Assembly (NCBI GenBank): GCA_963795085.1
Contig: CAWCFX010000003.1
Location: 96,001 to 160,000 of the forward strand
Direction of reading: 5' to 3'
Source of the DNA: an uncultured Gemmatimonadales bacterium
GTDB taxonomy: Bacteria; Gemmatimonadota; Gemmatimonadetes; Gemmatimonadales; GWC2-71-9
DNA length: 64,000 nt
A program made the position numbers and the translations under genes. Numbering within the stretch: position 1 is the first letter of the stretch; each line of letters starts with the position of its first letter. Of this stretch, positions 50,530-61,818 are shown one piece after another. Below the pieces are notes generated by a model. That model ran no database searches. It had not been told where the DNA came from and saw nothing but the letters and a program-made list of their open reading frames with translations.

Positions 50530-52106
50530 CACGGCCGGATAGCGTCGAGCCGGAACCGGGCGACTCCCCCGTCGGTGGCCACCCAGAGAAACTGGTCATC
50601 CGCGGCGACGTCGAGAGGATTTCCCGGAATGTCGGTGGGGGCGTAGAAGATCCGGACCGGCATGGCGTTGAAGGGGACGAAGGCGACCCCCCGTTCGGCG
50701 GCCACCCAGAGTCCACCGTCCCCGCTGGTGAAGGCGCGGAGCCGGCCCAGCGACGCGGAGATGGTCGGGCCCAGCCACCAGCTCTTGAGCCGCCCATCGC
50801 GCCAGATGACGCGGTCTTCGGTGAGTCCCACCAGCGTGTCGGCATGCCACCCGATGGCCACCACCGGCTCGGCCAGCGCCGCGACGGTACTGAGTTCCTG
50901 GGGCAGCAGCAGGTTGGGTTCGTTCTCCAGCGCGATCCGCAGGCCCCGCGGGGTTCCCACCCACACGGTGTCGGCTCCGGCGGAGAGCCCCAGGGCATAC
51001 ACCGGCTCCACATACTCCGGCGCCAGCGGCGCCAGGCGCTCCCCCCGGAGCACCGACACGCCGCGCGCCGTCCCGGCGACCAGGGTGCCCCGGCGGGCCG
51101 CGAGGGAATAGACCCGGTTATCGGCCAGGCCATCGCCCTCATCGAGCATGGCAATGTCCCCGTTATCAGGATTCACCCTGGTGAGGCCGGCGTCGGTCGC
51201 CAGCCAGAGATCGCGATTGAGACCGATGATCCGGCGCACCCGGGAGAATGGCAGGCCGAAGCCGGGCTGCCCCTGCAGCCAGGTGAACCCGCTGAGATCG
51301 GAGGCAACGAAGGTCAGGGCGGAGGTGGCGATATTGGTGCGATCGGTGGAGACCCAGACCCCGCCCGGAGCGCTGAAGAGGGCACTGGCCAGAGACCCGG
51401 GCAGGCCGAAGGTGAGCCGGTCCGGGATGATCCCGCCTTCCTGCAGGTAGAGCAGGCCTACCCCCTCGGTCCCGAGGTACCAGCCTAACCCGTCGAAGGA
51501 GCGTGCGGCGGCGGTGAAACGGGCGGCCGAGAGCCGGTTATCGAGCAGGACCTGGGCGCTCACGCTCTGGAGGGAGGGGTTGGCGCGGATGGCGTCCTGC
51601 ACCGACGTGGGGCGGAGGGGGCGCACCGGCGCGTTACCGGGGAGAGCGGCGAGTCCGCCGCGGGGGACGAGGTACCAACTGCCGCCGCTTCGCAGGTAAA
51701 GCCCATCGGCCGGCGCGTTCAGATCGAAGGCGATCTCCTGCACCCCCTGGGGCACCCGCCCCTGGTCCCACAGGCGGATATTGGGGTCGTAGTGGACCCA
51801 GCCATCCACCCGGGCGAGCCAGAGCGAATTATCGAGCGGATCCACCATGGCGGCGAAGACCCGGTCCAGGGTGCCCGGTTCCGGAGGAGTGACGGGTCCG
51901 GACCAGCGGCGAAACTGGGGATTCCAGATAAGCAGCCCGCTGGGGGACACCGCATAGACCCGGTCCTGCGCCGCGGCCACCGCCGACACCCGGGTAAAAT
52001 CGCCGATGACCGTGCGATCCTCGGGGGCCCAGTCCCTGCCCCGCGACTGGGCCAGGGCGGTGCCGGAGGCCAGGGCGGTCAGCAGGAGCAGGGTCGCGCG
52101 GATCAT
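50529..52106 (-). CDS. Exported hypothetical beta-propeller-like protein
   Basis: Signal peptide and repeated LW.AT..G blades. Confidence 0.7.
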   Translation of the reverse strand: MIRATLLLLTALASGTALAQSRGRDWAPEDRTVIGDFTRVSAVAAAQDRVYAVSPSGLLIWNPQFRRWSGPVTPPEPGTLDRVFAAMVDPLDNSLWLARVDGWVHYDPNIRLWDQGRVPQGVQEIAFDLNAPADGLYLRSGGSWYLVPRGGLAALPGNAPVRPLRPTSVQDAIRANPSLQSVSAQVLLDNRLSAARFTAAARSFDGLGWYLGTEGVGLLYLQEGGIIPDRLTFGLPGSLASALFSAPGGVWVSTDRTNIATSALTFVASDLSGFTWLQGQPGFGLPFSRVRRIIGLNRDLWLATDAGLTRVNPDNGDIAMLDEGDGLADNRVYSLAARRGTLVAGTARGVSVLRGERLAPLAPEYVEPVYALGLSAGADTVWVGTPRGLRIALENEPNLLLPQELSTVAALAEPVVAIGWHADTLVGLTEDRVIWRDGRLKSWWLGPTISASLGRLRAFTSGDGGLWVAAERGVAFVPFNAMPVRIFYAPTDIPGNPLDVAADDQFLWVATDGGVARFRLDAIRP

Positions 52107-52115
52107 GCGGGGAAG

Positions 52116-53666
52116 TTAATAGAGTCGAGGGACGTCGAGCTCCAGCAGGACCGGGATGCGGGGGACAGCGGGGGCGACCCGCTCCACCTCCCAGGCGCGC
52201 CAGACGTCGGGCAGGGCGGCGATGACATCCAGTGGGCGGAGCGAGCGGGCGCCGGTGCGGCGAGCGGCGAAGTCGGCGGCTCGGCCCAGCGCCTGGGCGC
52301 CCGCCGCCGCGGCCGCCCGGGGCGCGAGGCCCTGGGCCAGGAGGCCGCCGATCAGTCCGCTCAGCAGATCCCCGCTCCCGCCAGTGGCAAGCCCGGGGTT
52401 GCCCGCGGCGATGCTCACCAGGGTCCCGTCGGGGCTCGCCACGACGGTCGGCACGCCTTTCAGCAACACTGTCGAGCCCGACTCACTGGCGGCGCCCGCC
52501 GCGGCCAGCCACGGGTTGGTCTCCGGCTGGCCCGCATGCCCGGGAAAGAGGGTGCGAAATTCGCCATGATGGGGGGTGAGCACGATGTTGCGCCCGTCGG
52601 CGAGCCCCTTGAGGCCATCCGATTTTCCCTGGAGCATCGTGAGTCCGTCGGCGTCGATGACGGCGCGCCGAGCCAGCCGCACCACGGCCAGGATGAACTC
52701 GGCGGCACCGGGATGGCGGCCCAGTCCGGGACCGATGACCACGGCGTCGGCTTTCTCGAGGAGGGAGGCCAGGTCATCCGACAGGGGGAGCTCGAGCCCG
52801 TGTTCCCGCGTCTGCAAGTCCGGCTCCGCGGTGATCAGAGCCGCCACCGATGGGGACGGTGCTACCGCGTGCACCAGCCCGGCCCCGGCGCCGAAGGCGG
52901 CCCGCGCGGCCATCCGGACCGCACCGCTCATCCCGGTGTTGCCCCCCACGATGACGACCCGGCCGCGATCTCCCTTGTGGCTCGCGGCGCGAAAGGGCGG
53001 CAGCATCAGGGCGGCCCCCCGGTCAGACAAGAGGATGGGCCAGGCCGGGTCGGCCGGGGGGTGGCCGATGTCCACGACCACGATGATGCCCGCCTCGTCC
53101 CGCGCGAGGAGGTGTCCCCGGCGGATGCCGCCGAACGTGATGCTCATGTCGGCGCGCGTCGGAAGGTACGCGACGCCCGTTTCCAGATCGAGGCCGGTAG
53201 GGCCATCGATGGCCACGACGGGCACCGCGAGGTCCGCCAGACGTTCGACCAGCGACGCGACCGGCGGGCGGGGCGTCCCCCGGGCGCCGGTCCCGAGCAG
53301 CGCGTCCACCGCCAGACCGGCGTTGGGCCAGGGGCCGTCACCCTGGACGGTCCGGACTCCGGCGGCCCTCGCGATTGAAGCCATCTGCCCCTGCAGCGGG
53401 GTGCCCTCCCCCGGCACCGGCGCCACCCACACCGGGATACCCGCCTGGTGCAGCGCGCGGGCGGCCACCCAACCGTCCCCGCCGTTGTGGCCCAGCCCGG
53501 CCGCCACCAGCACCCCATCGGACAGGTGCTCCCGGAAGCGCTGGGTCATCACCGCTGCCACGGCGCGGCCGGCCGATTCCATGAGCGTGGCGGGGGCGAT
53601 GCCCAGGGCCTCGGCAGACCGATCCCAATCCCGGCTGTGCGAGGGCGAGAGGACGGGAATGGGCAT
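52116..53666 (-). CDS. nnr: Bifunctional NAD(P)H-hydrate epimerase/dehydratase
   Basis: LMESAG, GHNGGDG, DALLGTG, HKGDRG, LTPHHGE and GGSGDLL. Confidence 0.93.
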   Translation of the reverse strand: MPIPVLSPSHSRDWDRSAEALGIAPATLMESAGRAVAAVMTQRFREHLSDGVLVAAGLGHNGGDGWVAARALHQAGIPVWVAPVPGEGTPLQGQMASIARAAGVRTVQGDGPWPNAGLAVDALLGTGARGTPRPPVASLVERLADLAVPVVAIDGPTGLDLETGVAYLPTRADMSITFGGIRRGHLLARDEAGIIVVVDIGHPPADPAWPILLSDRGAALMLPPFRAASHKGDRGRVVIVGGNTGMSGAVRMAARAAFGAGAGLVHAVAPSPSVAALITAEPDLQTREHGLELPLSDDLASLLEKADAVVIGPGLGRHPGAAEFILAVVRLARRAVIDADGLTMLQGKSDGLKGLADGRNIVLTPHHGEFRTLFPGHAGQPETNPWLAAAGAASESGSTVLLKGVPTVVASPDGTLVSIAAGNPGLATGGSGDLLSGLIGGLLAQGLAPRAAAAAGAQALGRAADFAARRTGARSLRPLDVIAALPDVWRAWEVERVAPAVPRIPVLLELDVPRLY

Positions 53667-53787
53667 CAGGCAGCGAGCGGTGAACGAGAAGTGAGACGGG
53701 CGGCGCCAACCATCAGGCGTGACCGGAGACGGGTGAGGTGACCAGTGACCGTATTCACCTCGCGCTTCTTGCGCTCACTCGCACGCG

Positions 53788-53985
53788 TTACTTGTGGCTG
53801 GGACCCACGGTACGGCCGAGGGAGATCTCGCCGTTGTCGATCCGGAGATTGAAACCGCACTCCGGGTTGGTGCAGACCCAGGCCTTGTACATGATCGGCG
53901 CGCCATCCCGCCCGTAGTCGGACAGGGGAATCAGCACGCCGTGACTGCACTTGCGGCACTCGGGCCACGCGCGTCCTTCCATCAT
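53788..53985 (-). CDS. Small zinc-ribbon-like protein
   Basis: CRKC...CTNPEC; GGAGG RBS. Confidence 0.7.
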   Translation of the reverse strand: MMEGRAWPECRKCSHGVLIPLSDYGRDGAPIMYKAWVCTNPECGFNLRIDNGEISLGRTVGPSHK

Positions 53986-54000
53986 ACCCTCCCTGCCGGC

Positions 54001-54387
54001 TCAGGCGCCGGCGACTCTATCCCATATATGGTCGGCGCTGAAAGCGTCGGTAAACTGGTACACGTTCAGGAAATCCTCGAGCCGATCCTCGGGCTGGGTC
54101 ATGAGAAGGCCCACGTCCACCAGCGCGAACACGATGCGGCCAAAGTCCTCGGTGCTGGTGATCTTCCAGTAATCCAGGACGGCCGGCGCCAGCAGGCCGA
54201 ACTGCCGAATGGCCAGGTCGCGGCAGGCCCAGGCCAGTTCCGCGCCGGTCACGTGGCGGCGGGCCGGCAACTGGGTCTGGATGTATTCTATCCCTGCCAG
54301 GACGAAGAAGTATGCCCGCTCGGGATACCGCGGCTCCCGGGCGAGGATCCGATCGAGCATCCCTTCGGCGAACTGCAGGTCATTCAT
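54001..54387 (-). CDS. Minf_1886-family conserved hypothetical protein
   Basis: [33 protein letters not shown] and D..EDF. Confidence 0.75.
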   Translation of the reverse strand: MNDLQFAEGMLDRILAREPRYPERAYFFVLAGIEYIQTQLPARRHVTGAELAWACRDLAIRQFGLLAPAVLDYWKITSTEDFGRIVFALVDVGLLMTQPEDRLEDFLNVYQFTDAFSADHIWDRVAGA

Positions 54388-55655
54388 ACCGGCGCGCCCG
54401 CGCCCTGGCCGTAGAGGGGAAACGCGGCGGCGAGTTCTTCGACATCGCGTTTCACCGCTTCGATGGTGGGCTCGTCGTCCGGCCGGGTCAGCACCCGGTC
54501 GATGAGTGCGGCAATACGGGTCATTTCGGCCGGGCCCATGCCCCGGGTCGTGAGCGCCGGCGTCCCCAAACGAATGCCGCTGGTCACGAAGGGCGACTGG
54601 GGATCGTCGGGAATGGTGTTCTTGTTGACGGTGATGCCGGCACGGTCGAGCGCCTTCTCCGCCACCTTGCCGGTCAGACCCTTGGGACGCAGGTCGACCA
54701 GCATCAGGTGGGTGTCGGTGCCGCCGGAGACGATGGCGAAACCGTGGTCGATCAGCCCCGCCGCCAGCGCCTTGGCATTGAGAACGATGGTGCCGGCATA
54801 GTCCCGGAACTCGGGCTCCAGGGCTTCGAGGAAGGCTACCGCCTTGGCGGCGATCACGTGCTCCAGGGGGCCGCCCTGGGCGCCGGGGAATACCGATTTG
54901 TCCACCGCCTTGGCGAGTTCGGCCCCGCAGAGAATAAGCCCGCCGCGGGGGCCGCGGAGTGTCTTGTGGGTGGTACTGGTGACGAGGTGCGCGTGGGGCA
55001 CCGGCGACGGGTACACCCCGCCGGCCACCAGCCCGGCAAAATGCGCCATGTCCACCAGCAGCAGGGCTCCGACCTCGTCGGCGATGGACCGGAAGATGCC
55101 GAAATCGATGAACCGGGCATAGGCACTGCCGCCGGCCACGAGAAGCCGGGGGCGGTCCTTGCGGGCCTGGGCTCGGACCGCCTCGTAGTCGATCCGGCCC
55201 GAGGCAGGATCTACGCCGTAGTGGGTCGCCCGCCAGATGACCCCGCTGTGGTTGACCGAGGCCCCGTGGGAGAGATGGCCGCCATGGGGCAGCGACATGC
55301 CGAGGAGCGGCTCTCCCGGCTGCAGGACGGCCATGAAGGCCGCGAAGTTAGCCTGGGCGCCCGAGTGCGGCTGCACGTTGGCGTGTTCCGCCTGGAAGAG
55401 CCGCTTCAGCCGGTCGATGGCGATCTGTTCGACCTGGTCCACGACCTCGCACCCGCCGTAGTACCGGCGGCCGGGATATCCCTCGGCGTACTTGTTGGTG
55501 AGCGGGGTACCCATGGCCTCCAGGACGGCCCGGCTGGCGAAGTTCTCGCTGGCGATGAGTTCGAGGCCCTGCTGCTGCCGGGCGACTTCCTGCTGGACCA
55601 GCCCCGCGATGGTGGGGTCGGCGGCGCGGAGCGGGGCTTCGTGGTCGAACGTCAT
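54384..55655 (-). CDS. glyA: Serine hydroxymethyltransferase
   Basis: [14 protein letters not shown] and [13 protein letters not shown]. Confidence 0.98.
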   Translation of the reverse strand: MTFDHEAPLRAADPTIAGLVQQEVARQQQGLELIASENFASRAVLEAMGTPLTNKYAEGYPGRRYYGGCEVVDQVEQIAIDRLKRLFQAEHANVQPHSGAQANFAAFMAVLQPGEPLLGMSLPHGGHLSHGASVNHSGVIWRATHYGVDPASGRIDYEAVRAQARKDRPRLLVAGGSAYARFIDFGIFRSIADEVGALLLVDMAHFAGLVAGGVYPSPVPHAHLVTSTTHKTLRGPRGGLILCGAELAKAVDKSVFPGAQGGPLEHVIAAKAVAFLEALEPEFRDYAGTIVLNAKALAAGLIDHGFAIVSGGTDTHLMLVDLRPKGLTGKVAEKALDRAGITVNKNTIPDDPQSPFVTSGIRLGTPALTTRGMGPAEMTRIAALIDRVLTRPDDEPTIEAVKRDVEELAAAFPLYGQGAGAPV

Positions 55656-56098
55656 GATGGCGTCGCTTTCTCGATCTTTTCGACCCGCCGGGCGTGGCGG
55701 CCGCCTTCGAACTTTGTCTCCAGCCAGCGGCGCAGGATCTCGACGCCCTGTTCCTCGCTCACGAACCGCGCCGGGACCACCAGTACGTTGGCGTCGTTAT
55801 GGCTCCGGGCCAGTTCGGCCACTTCGGGCGTCCATGCCACCGCCGCGCGAACCCCGGAGTGCCGGTTGGCGGCATAGGCCATGCCGAGCCCGGTGCCACA
55901 CAACAGGACGCCGCGGCGGGCCTCGCCGCGTTCGACCTGGTCCGCCACCGAGTGGGCAAAGTCAGGATAGTCAACCGAGTCTGCGGAGGTGGTCCCCACG
56001 TCGAGCGGCTGGAACCCGAGCGCGGCCAGTTCCCGGACCAGGCGCTGCTTGAGGTCGAACCCCGCGTGATCGGCACCGATTGGAATGATCTCAGCCAT
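55652..56098 (-). CDS. rpiB: Ribose-5-phosphate isomerase B
   Basis: GADHAG, DYPD, CGTGLG and RH.RR. Confidence 0.95.
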   Translation of the reverse strand: MAEIIPIGADHAGFDLKQRLVRELAALGFQPLDVGTTSADSVDYPDFAHSVADQVERGEARRGVLLCGTGLGMAYAANRHSGVRAAVAWTPEVAELARSHNDANVLVVPARFVSEEQGVEILRRWLETKFEGGRHARRVEKIEKATPS

Positions 56099-56145
56099 GC
56101 TGGAATCTAGGGCCTGGTGGAAGGAGGCGAAAGGAAACGGGGACC

Positions 56146-57210
56146 TTACCGGTCCCCGACGTAGATCTGGTTGAGGTGGGAAACCCGGGCGATCCGCTCC
56201 TCGGCCAGCCGGTCAGCCGCCAGGGAGGTGGGGATGCCGTCCCGCTCGGCGACGGCAAACACCGAGAGAATGGTTTCGTAGATTTCGCCGGCCTTGCGCT
56301 TGGCGCGGTCGATCTCCCAGCCCTGGACTTCGCCGTACACGTTGATCAGGCCGCCGCCGTTGATCACGTAATCAGGAGCGTAGGACAACCCGCGCTTTTC
56401 CAGTTCTTCGCCGTGGCGCTCCTCGGCCAGCTGGTTGTTGGCGCCCCCGGCGATGATCTCGACCTTGAGCCGCTTGAGGGTGTCGTCGTTGATGCCGCCG
56501 CCCAGCGCGTTGGGGGAAAAGATGTCCGCTTTCTGGTCGTAGATCTCTTCCGGCTTGACCGGGGTGGCCCCGGTGTCCTCCACGACCCGTTTCACTTTGT
56601 CGGCATCGATGTCGGTTGCGATCAGGCGGACGCCCTCCTCCCGCAGGTGCTTCATCAGGTAATAGCCGACCTTGCCGCACCCCTGCACCGCCACCGTCTT
56701 CCCGGTGAGGCTGTCGCTGCCCCAGCGGGCCCGGGCCGCCGCTTTCATGCCCATATAGACCCCGTACCCGGTGACCGGCGAGGGGTCGCCGGAAAGGCCG
56801 TGGAGTCCGGCGACGTGGGTGGTCTCCATCCGGACGAATTCCATGTCGTTGGGACTGGTGCCGACGTCTTCCGCCGTGATGTAGCGCCCGCCCAGCGATT
56901 CCACGAACCGCCCGTGAGCCCGGAACACCGCCTCCCGGTCCTTGCGCTTGTTGTCGCCGATGATGACCGATTTACCGCCGCCCAGGTTGAGCCCGGCGAC
57001 GGCGGCCTTGTACGTCATGCCCCGCGCCAGCCGCAGCGCGTCGGTGATGGCTTCATCGGTGCTGCCATAATTCCAGAACCGGGTCCCTCCGAGCGAGGGC
57101 CCCAGCGTGGTGTCGTGGACGGCGATAATGCCGAAGTAGTCGCAGGAGGGCTCGTGGCAGAGCACCACCTGTTCATGACCGAACTGCTTCATTTCCCGAA
57201 AGGCGTCCAT
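56146..57210 (-). CDS. Leucine dehydrogenase (Glu/Leu/Phe/Val family)
   Basis: GGTR, GMTYK, GGGKSV, TAEDVG and GANNQL. Confidence 0.92.
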   Translation of the reverse strand: MDAFREMKQFGHEQVVLCHEPSCDYFGIIAVHDTTLGPSLGGTRFWNYGSTDEAITDALRLARGMTYKAAVAGLNLGGGKSVIIGDNKRKDREAVFRAHGRFVESLGGRYITAEDVGTSPNDMEFVRMETTHVAGLHGLSGDPSPVTGYGVYMGMKAAARARWGSDSLTGKTVAVQGCGKVGYYLMKHLREEGVRLIATDIDADKVKRVVEDTGATPVKPEEIYDQKADIFSPNALGGGINDDTLKRLKVEIIAGGANNQLAEERHGEELEKRGLSYAPDYVINGGGLINVYGEVQGWEIDRAKRKAGEIYETILSVFAVAERDGIPTSLAADRLAEERIARVSHLNQIYVGDR

Positions 57211-57259
57211 GGCCGTTCCTCGTGTGGGGCCAGCAGGGAGTCATGGCGAATGGCCATGG

Positions 57260-58102
57260 CTAATAGGTGTAGAAGCCTCGTCCCGTTTTCCGTCCCAGCT
57301 GTCCCGCCGCGACCATCCGGCGGAGCAGCGGGCAGGGCCGGTACTTGTCGTCGCCGAGGCCGCGGTGCAGCACTTCCAGGATGGCGAGGCAGGTGTCCAG
57401 GCCGATGAGATCGGCCAGCGTGAGCGGGCCCATTGGATGGGCCATGCCCAGTTTCATGACGGTGTCGATCGCCTCCGGGCTGGCTACCCCTTCCATGACG
57501 CAGAAGATGGCCTCGTTGACCATCGGCATCAGTACCCGGTTGGAGACGAACCCGGGATAGTCGTTGACCTCCACCGGTGTCTTGCCCAGCGCCCTGGCGG
57601 TTTCCATCACCGTCCGGGTCGTGAGCGGGTCGGTGGCCTGCCCCCGGATGACCTCGACCAGCTGCATCACCGGGACCGGGTTCATGAAGTGCATCCCAAT
57701 CACCTTTTCAGGCCGGCCGGTCCGTGCCGCGATCTCGGTGATCGAGATCGAACTGGTATTGGTCGCGAGGACGGCACCCGGTGCGGCGAGTCGGTCCAGG
57801 TCCTGGAACAGGGCAAACTTGAGTTCGCTCCGCTCGCTGGCCGCCTCGACCACCAGCGACGCCCCGGCCACCGCATCGAGGGCGGTGGTGGTCGCGATGC
57901 GGGGAGGAACCGCGGCGGCCGCCTCGACCGTGAGGGTTCCCTTCTTGACCATGCGGTCCAGGTTTGCCTGGATGGTGGCGGTGGCCCTGGCCAGGGCCGC
58001 CTCGGCGACGTCCACCAGGGTCACGTTCCATTCGTACTGGGCGAAGACCTGGGCGATCCCGTTGCCCATGGTGCCACTGCCGATCACCGCAACTTGTTTC
58101 AT
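57260..58102 (-). CDS. hbd: 3-hydroxybutyryl-CoA dehydrogenase
   Basis: [20 protein letters not shown] and HPMGP. Confidence 0.92.
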   Translation of the reverse strand: MKQVAVIGSGTMGNGIAQVFAQYEWNVTLVDVAEAALARATATIQANLDRMVKKGTLTVEAAAAVPPRIATTTALDAVAGASLVVEAASERSELKFALFQDLDRLAAPGAVLATNTSSISITEIAARTGRPEKVIGMHFMNPVPVMQLVEVIRGQATDPLTTRTVMETARALGKTPVEVNDYPGFVSNRVLMPMVNEAIFCVMEGVASPEAIDTVMKLGMAHPMGPLTLADLIGLDTCLAILEVLHRGLGDDKYRPCPLLRRMVAAGQLGRKTGRGFYTY

Positions 58103-58114
58103 GACGTCATCCGG

Positions 58115-59023
58115 CTAGGGCCGGGGCTCCGGGTCCGGGGAAGAATGCAGCAGGTACAACCGGGCGGCGACGACCGTGGCCAGTCCCAGCACTATGGTGG
58201 CGAGTACCCCGCCTTCGGGACCGAAGGCTCCGCCGGTCAGCCAGACGGGGTGGCCCGGGTCGTAGTCCAGGGACGGAATGTTGAGCGCCAGTCCGCTGAC
58301 CGGCGCGTCGAGGGCCGCAAGCGCCCAGTTCCATCCGAGATGCAGGCCGCTGGCCGTCCAGATCCCGCCGGGGGCAAAGAATACCACGCCGAGAAGCAGG
58401 CCGGCGATGCAGATGTTGCCGATGCTCAGCGTGGTAACCGACGGGTTCGCCGAGTGAGTAAGGGCAAACGCCAGCGCGGTGATGCCGACCGCGACGCCGC
58501 GGCCGTAGGCCCGATCCAGCACCACCATCGGCGCGCCGCGGAACATCAACTCCTCGGCCAGTGCCGCCGGGGCCAGCATGACCAGGATGAACAGTACCCG
58601 ACCGGCGTAGTCCGCCAGACCGCCCTCGTCCGCCACCCAGCGCGCGCTGCCGAGCAGGGGTGCCAGCGCCATGGCCAGGCCGGCCAGCAGGGCTCCCGCG
58701 GCAAACGCCGCCAGGGCGCCGCGCGCCGGCCGCCCGGTGCCCCGCCAGCGGAGATCCACGGGCGAGAGTCCGAAGACCCGGCGGCCGATGAAGAGATTGG
58801 CCACGACGAAGCCCGCACTGATGGCGATACCGACGAGAAAGATCGCGCCGGTGGCCTGGTCCCGGGCCCAGGCCGCGACCGGATCGCCGGCCCAGGTAGC
58901 CGCCGTGAACAGCAGGATCGCCGCAACCTGGGCCAGCGAGTATCCCAGCAGGCCGTACGCCAATATCCCGATGATTACCCGGACGAGCGGTGGCCGGGCC
59001 GCAGGGGCTGCCGGACCGTTCAA
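58115..59023 (-). CDS. CPBP (CAAX/Abi) intramembrane metalloprotease
   Basis: EELMFRG, FALTH, HLGWN and GPEG; TTG at 59023 overlaps the bioY stop. Confidence 0.88.
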   Translation of the reverse strand: MNGPAAPAARPPLVRVIIGILAYGLLGYSLAQVAAILLFTAATWAGDPVAAWARDQATGAIFLVGIAISAGFVVANLFIGRRVFGLSPVDLRWRGTGRPARGALAAFAAGALLAGLAMALAPLLGSARWVADEGGLADYAGRVLFILVMLAPAALAEELMFRGAPMVVLDRAYGRGVAVGITALAFALTHSANPSVTTLSIGNICIAGLLLGVVFFAPGGIWTASGLHLGWNWALAALDAPVSGLALNIPSLDYDPGHPVWLTGGAFGPEGGVLATIVLGLATVVAARLYLLHSSPDPEPRP

Positions 59024-59595
59024 GCTTCGCGGGGGCTGCCCGGGCGGAGTCGGGACACCACCAGGGCCGCCAGCGCGACCTTGACCAGGTCGGCTACGAT
59101 GAGGGGCGTGGTGGCGCGGAAGGGAAGGTCCAGGCTCCCGGTGAGCAGTGAGAGCTGGGCTATTCCCCCGAGATGAATCATCACCATGCCAGCCAAAGCG
59201 GCCAGGGCACAGCGTCCGAGCTGGTGCCGACGGGCGAGGGCGCCGACGAGGGCCGCGCCGACCGGGAATGCCAGCAGGTAGCCGCCGGTCGGCCCGAGGA
59301 GCCACGCGGCCCCGGCCCGGCCTCCGGCGAAGACGGGGAGGCCGGCCATCCCCAGCGCGAGGTACAGCACCAGCGCGGCGGCCCCGCCCCGGGCGCCGAG
59401 GATGCCGCCGACCAGCAGCACCGCGAGTCCCTGCAGCGTGACCGGTACCGGGGACCCCGGCAGGCCAATCGCAAATTGGGCCGAGACCGCGACCACCACG
59501 GCGCCGAGGGCGATGGCCAGGGCGCGCTTCCGGGTGAGCAAAGCGGCGCGGGAGTCTGTACCGGCCAGCGCCGGGGTTGTTGGGGACGACGACAT
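59020..59595 (-). CDS. bioY: Biotin transporter BioY
   Basis: PVPVTLQ, G.PVFAG and GPTGGYL; ATG at 59595. Confidence 0.92.
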   Translation of the reverse strand: MSSSPTTPALAGTDSRAALLTRKRALAIALGAVVVAVSAQFAIGLPGSPVPVTLQGLAVLLVGGILGARGGAAALVLYLALGMAGLPVFAGGRAGAAWLLGPTGGYLLAFPVGAALVGALARRHQLGRCALAALAGMVMIHLGGIAQLSLLTGSLDLPFRATTPLIVADLVKVALAALVVSRLRPGSPREA

Positions 59596-60782
59596 CAGTC
59601 TCTCTCCACGGTAAGGGCCACAGCGTTTCCGCCACCCAGGCACAAGGTCGCCAGACCGGTGGAGGCGTCCCGGTCTTTCATTCCATAGATCAGGGTCGTC
59701 AGCACCCGGGCGCCGCTGGCGCCGATCGGGTGCCCCAGCGCGACCGCGCCGCCATTCACGTTGACGCGGTCCCAATCCCAGTTGAGCCCCCGGCCATCGG
59801 CCAGGGCCTGCACCGCGAAGGCCTCGTTGGCTTCGATCAGGTCATAGTCGCCGATGCTGGTGCCGGCCTTGGCCATGAGATTCTGGACCGCGATGATCGG
59901 CGCGAAGAAGAGATCGCGGGGTTCTCCTCCGCCGGTGGCATAGTGCGTGATGCGGGCCATGACCTCGAGGCCGTGCGATTCGGCGAAGGCCTGGGAGGTC
60001 ACCAGCAGCGCACTCGCCCCGTCGTTGAGGCCCGGCGCGTTGCCGGCGGTCACGGTGCCTTCCTTGCGAAAAACGGGCTTGAGTTTGGCCAGCGTGTCCG
60101 GGGTGGTGTCCCTGCGGGGCGATTCGTCCTCGGCGACCACGGTGGGGCCGCCTTTTCCTTTTACCTCGACCGGAAGAATCTCGGCCGCGAACTTCCGGGT
60201 TTCGGCGGCGGTGACCGCCTTCCGGTGGCTCTGGCAGGCGAACTCGTCCTGCTCCTTCCGGCTGATCCCTGCTTTTTCCGCGGTGTATTCGGCGTACTCG
60301 CCCATGTGATTACCGCCAAAAGAGTCCCAGAGCCCGTCGTGGATCATGCCATCCACCATCGTCTGGTTGCCGGCCTTGATGCCGTTCCGCATGCCGTAGA
60401 CGTAGTGAGGTGCGCTGGACATGGATTCCTGTCCGCCGGCCACGATACAGTGGGCGTCCCCGGCCTTGATGGCCTGGGCGGCCAGCATCACGGCCTTGAG
60501 GCCCGACCCGCAGACCTTGTTGATGGTAAGCGCGGAGATGGCACCAGGCAGGCCGGCGTGGATCATGGCCTGGCGGGCCGGCGCCTGCCCGGACCCGCCC
60601 TGGACTACCTGGCCCATGATGACTTCATCGATGGACTTTGCGTCCACCCCCGCCCGGGCCACCGCCTCGCGGATCACCATGGCGCCGAGCTGGGGGGCCG
60701 TGAAGGGACTGAGACCGCCGAGATAGCGCCCGATGGGCGTACGAACGGCAGACACGATGACGGGGGTTGTGGCTGGATTCAC
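59595..60782 (-). CDS. Acetyl-CoA C-acetyltransferase (thiolase)
   Basis: [20 protein letters not shown] and CLGGG. Confidence 0.95.
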   Translation of the reverse strand: MNPATTPVIVSAVRTPIGRYLGGLSPFTAPQLGAMVIREAVARAGVDAKSIDEVIMGQVVQGGSGQAPARQAMIHAGLPGAISALTINKVCGSGLKAVMLAAQAIKAGDAHCIVAGGQESMSSAPHYVYGMRNGIKAGNQTMVDGMIHDGLWDSFGGNHMGEYAEYTAEKAGISRKEQDEFACQSHRKAVTAAETRKFAAEILPVEVKGKGGPTVVAEDESPRRDTTPDTLAKLKPVFRKEGTVTAGNAPGLNDGASALLVTSQAFAESHGLEVMARITHYATGGGEPRDLFFAPIIAVQNLMAKAGTSIGDYDLIEANEAFAVQALADGRGLNWDWDRVNVNGGAVALGHPIGASGARVLTTLIYGMKDRDASTGLATLCLGGGNAVALTVERD

Positions 60783-60852
60783 CGGGACCTTGCAAGTTTG
60801 TGACGGGCGGAAAACTAACCCCGGTCGCGGTGGGACGAAACGGCGGGGGGAA

Positions 60853-61101
60853 TCAGGAAAGATCGAACGTGGGAATCTCTTCGACCGCTTCCACCAGGAC
60901 GATGGGGCAGGGATCGTCGGGGCCGTTGAGGGGCTCCCGCAATTCAGGCTCCTGGTAAATCAGCTCGAGGGCCTGTTCTGCCGCCAGCTCTCCCGTCGGG
61001 GCCTGGATGACCCGGGTGGTGACAAAGCTCTGGATCTCGCGGGTGCCACCCACCTGGCGAAGAATGTTGCGGCCCAGCAACCGCACCCGGTAGTAAGCCA
61101 T
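60853..61101 (-). CDS. Hypothetical protein
   Basis: 82-aa ORF coupled (TGATG) to the upstream ORF. Confidence 0.6.
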   Translation of the reverse strand: MAYYRVRLLGRNILRQVGGTREIQSFVTTRVIQAPTGELAAEQALELIYQEPELREPLNGPDDPCPIVLVEAVEEIPTFDLS

Positions 61102-61391
61102 CAGACGAGATAGGCCAGGACAGCCGCGCCGGCCGCGAGCAGGCCACCGGTGATGAGCGGGGACGGGGAACGGTCCACCGCCCAGAACAGGCCGCCGGCC
61201 AGCGCCCCGTACACGATGATGTGCAGCAGGACGCCGGCCGGCGGACGCAGGGCCCGGACTTCGAGGAAGACCAGCAACCCGGTGAGGACCACGGTGGCCG
61301 GCCAGGGTCGGTGATACCGGCGCACCAGCAACCCGAGCAACAGGACCGCCACCGCGATGGCGAGGTCGCCGGGGCCCCGCAGGTGGTCCAT
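61101..61391 (-). CDS. Small membrane protein
   Basis: GGAGG RBS and about 4 hydrophobic segments. Confidence 0.6.
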   Translation of the reverse strand: MDHLRGPGDLAIAVAVLLLGLLVRRYHRPWPATVVLTGLLVFLEVRALRPPAGVLLHIIVYGALAGGLFWAVDRSPSPLITGGLLAAGAAVLAYLV

Positions 61392-61406
61392 GCGCCCTCC
61401 CGCCGG

Positions 61407-61790
61407 CTAGAACGCCGGACGCACCGAGCGCATGGGATACTTGATCTTTTCCTTGCCCAGCGCGGTGCCCTTGTTCCGCAGCGAGTCGAGGCCGAAGTAC
61501 AGCAGGCCGCGGACCTTCTGGCCGTGGGCGATGATTTCATCGTCCTCGCAGCCGGTCGCGGAGCTGAGATATTCCATCAGCTCCTTTCGCTTCTTCGCGT
61601 TCTTGGCGGGGAGCTTCTCCGCGGTCACGATGTAGGTCGCGCAGTCGAATGCGCTCTCGAACTCGACGTCCAGCGGGCCGTAGGCCGGGCTGGTGACTTC
61701 GTCCAGCAGCCCCCCGAAGGGTACCTGGGCCGCGCGTTCGCGCTTCTCCGCCTGCTTGGAATCCTTGACCGCCTGTCGTGTCTCACTCAT
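61407..61790 (-). CDS. Hypothetical protein
   Basis: GGAGG RBS; 127 aa with protein-like composition. Confidence 0.7.
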   Translation of the reverse strand: MSETRQAVKDSKQAEKRERAAQVPFGGLLDEVTSPAYGPLDVEFESAFDCATYIVTAEKLPAKNAKKRKELMEYLSSATGCEDDEIIAHGQKVRGLLYFGLDSLRNKGTALGKEKIKYPMRSVRPAF

Positions 61791-61818
61791 GTCCTGCCTC
61801 CAGTTGAGCGTGCGCGCC

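Noticed and set aside
53666..53968. 100-aa ORF ending at the nnr start
   Set aside because: It overlaps the Zn-ribbon gene in another frame and runs through low-complexity intergenic repeats
58115..59023. Abortive-infection defence gene (Abi)
   Set aside because: The CPBP/Abi name refers to a CAAX-type membrane protease, and there is no defence-island context
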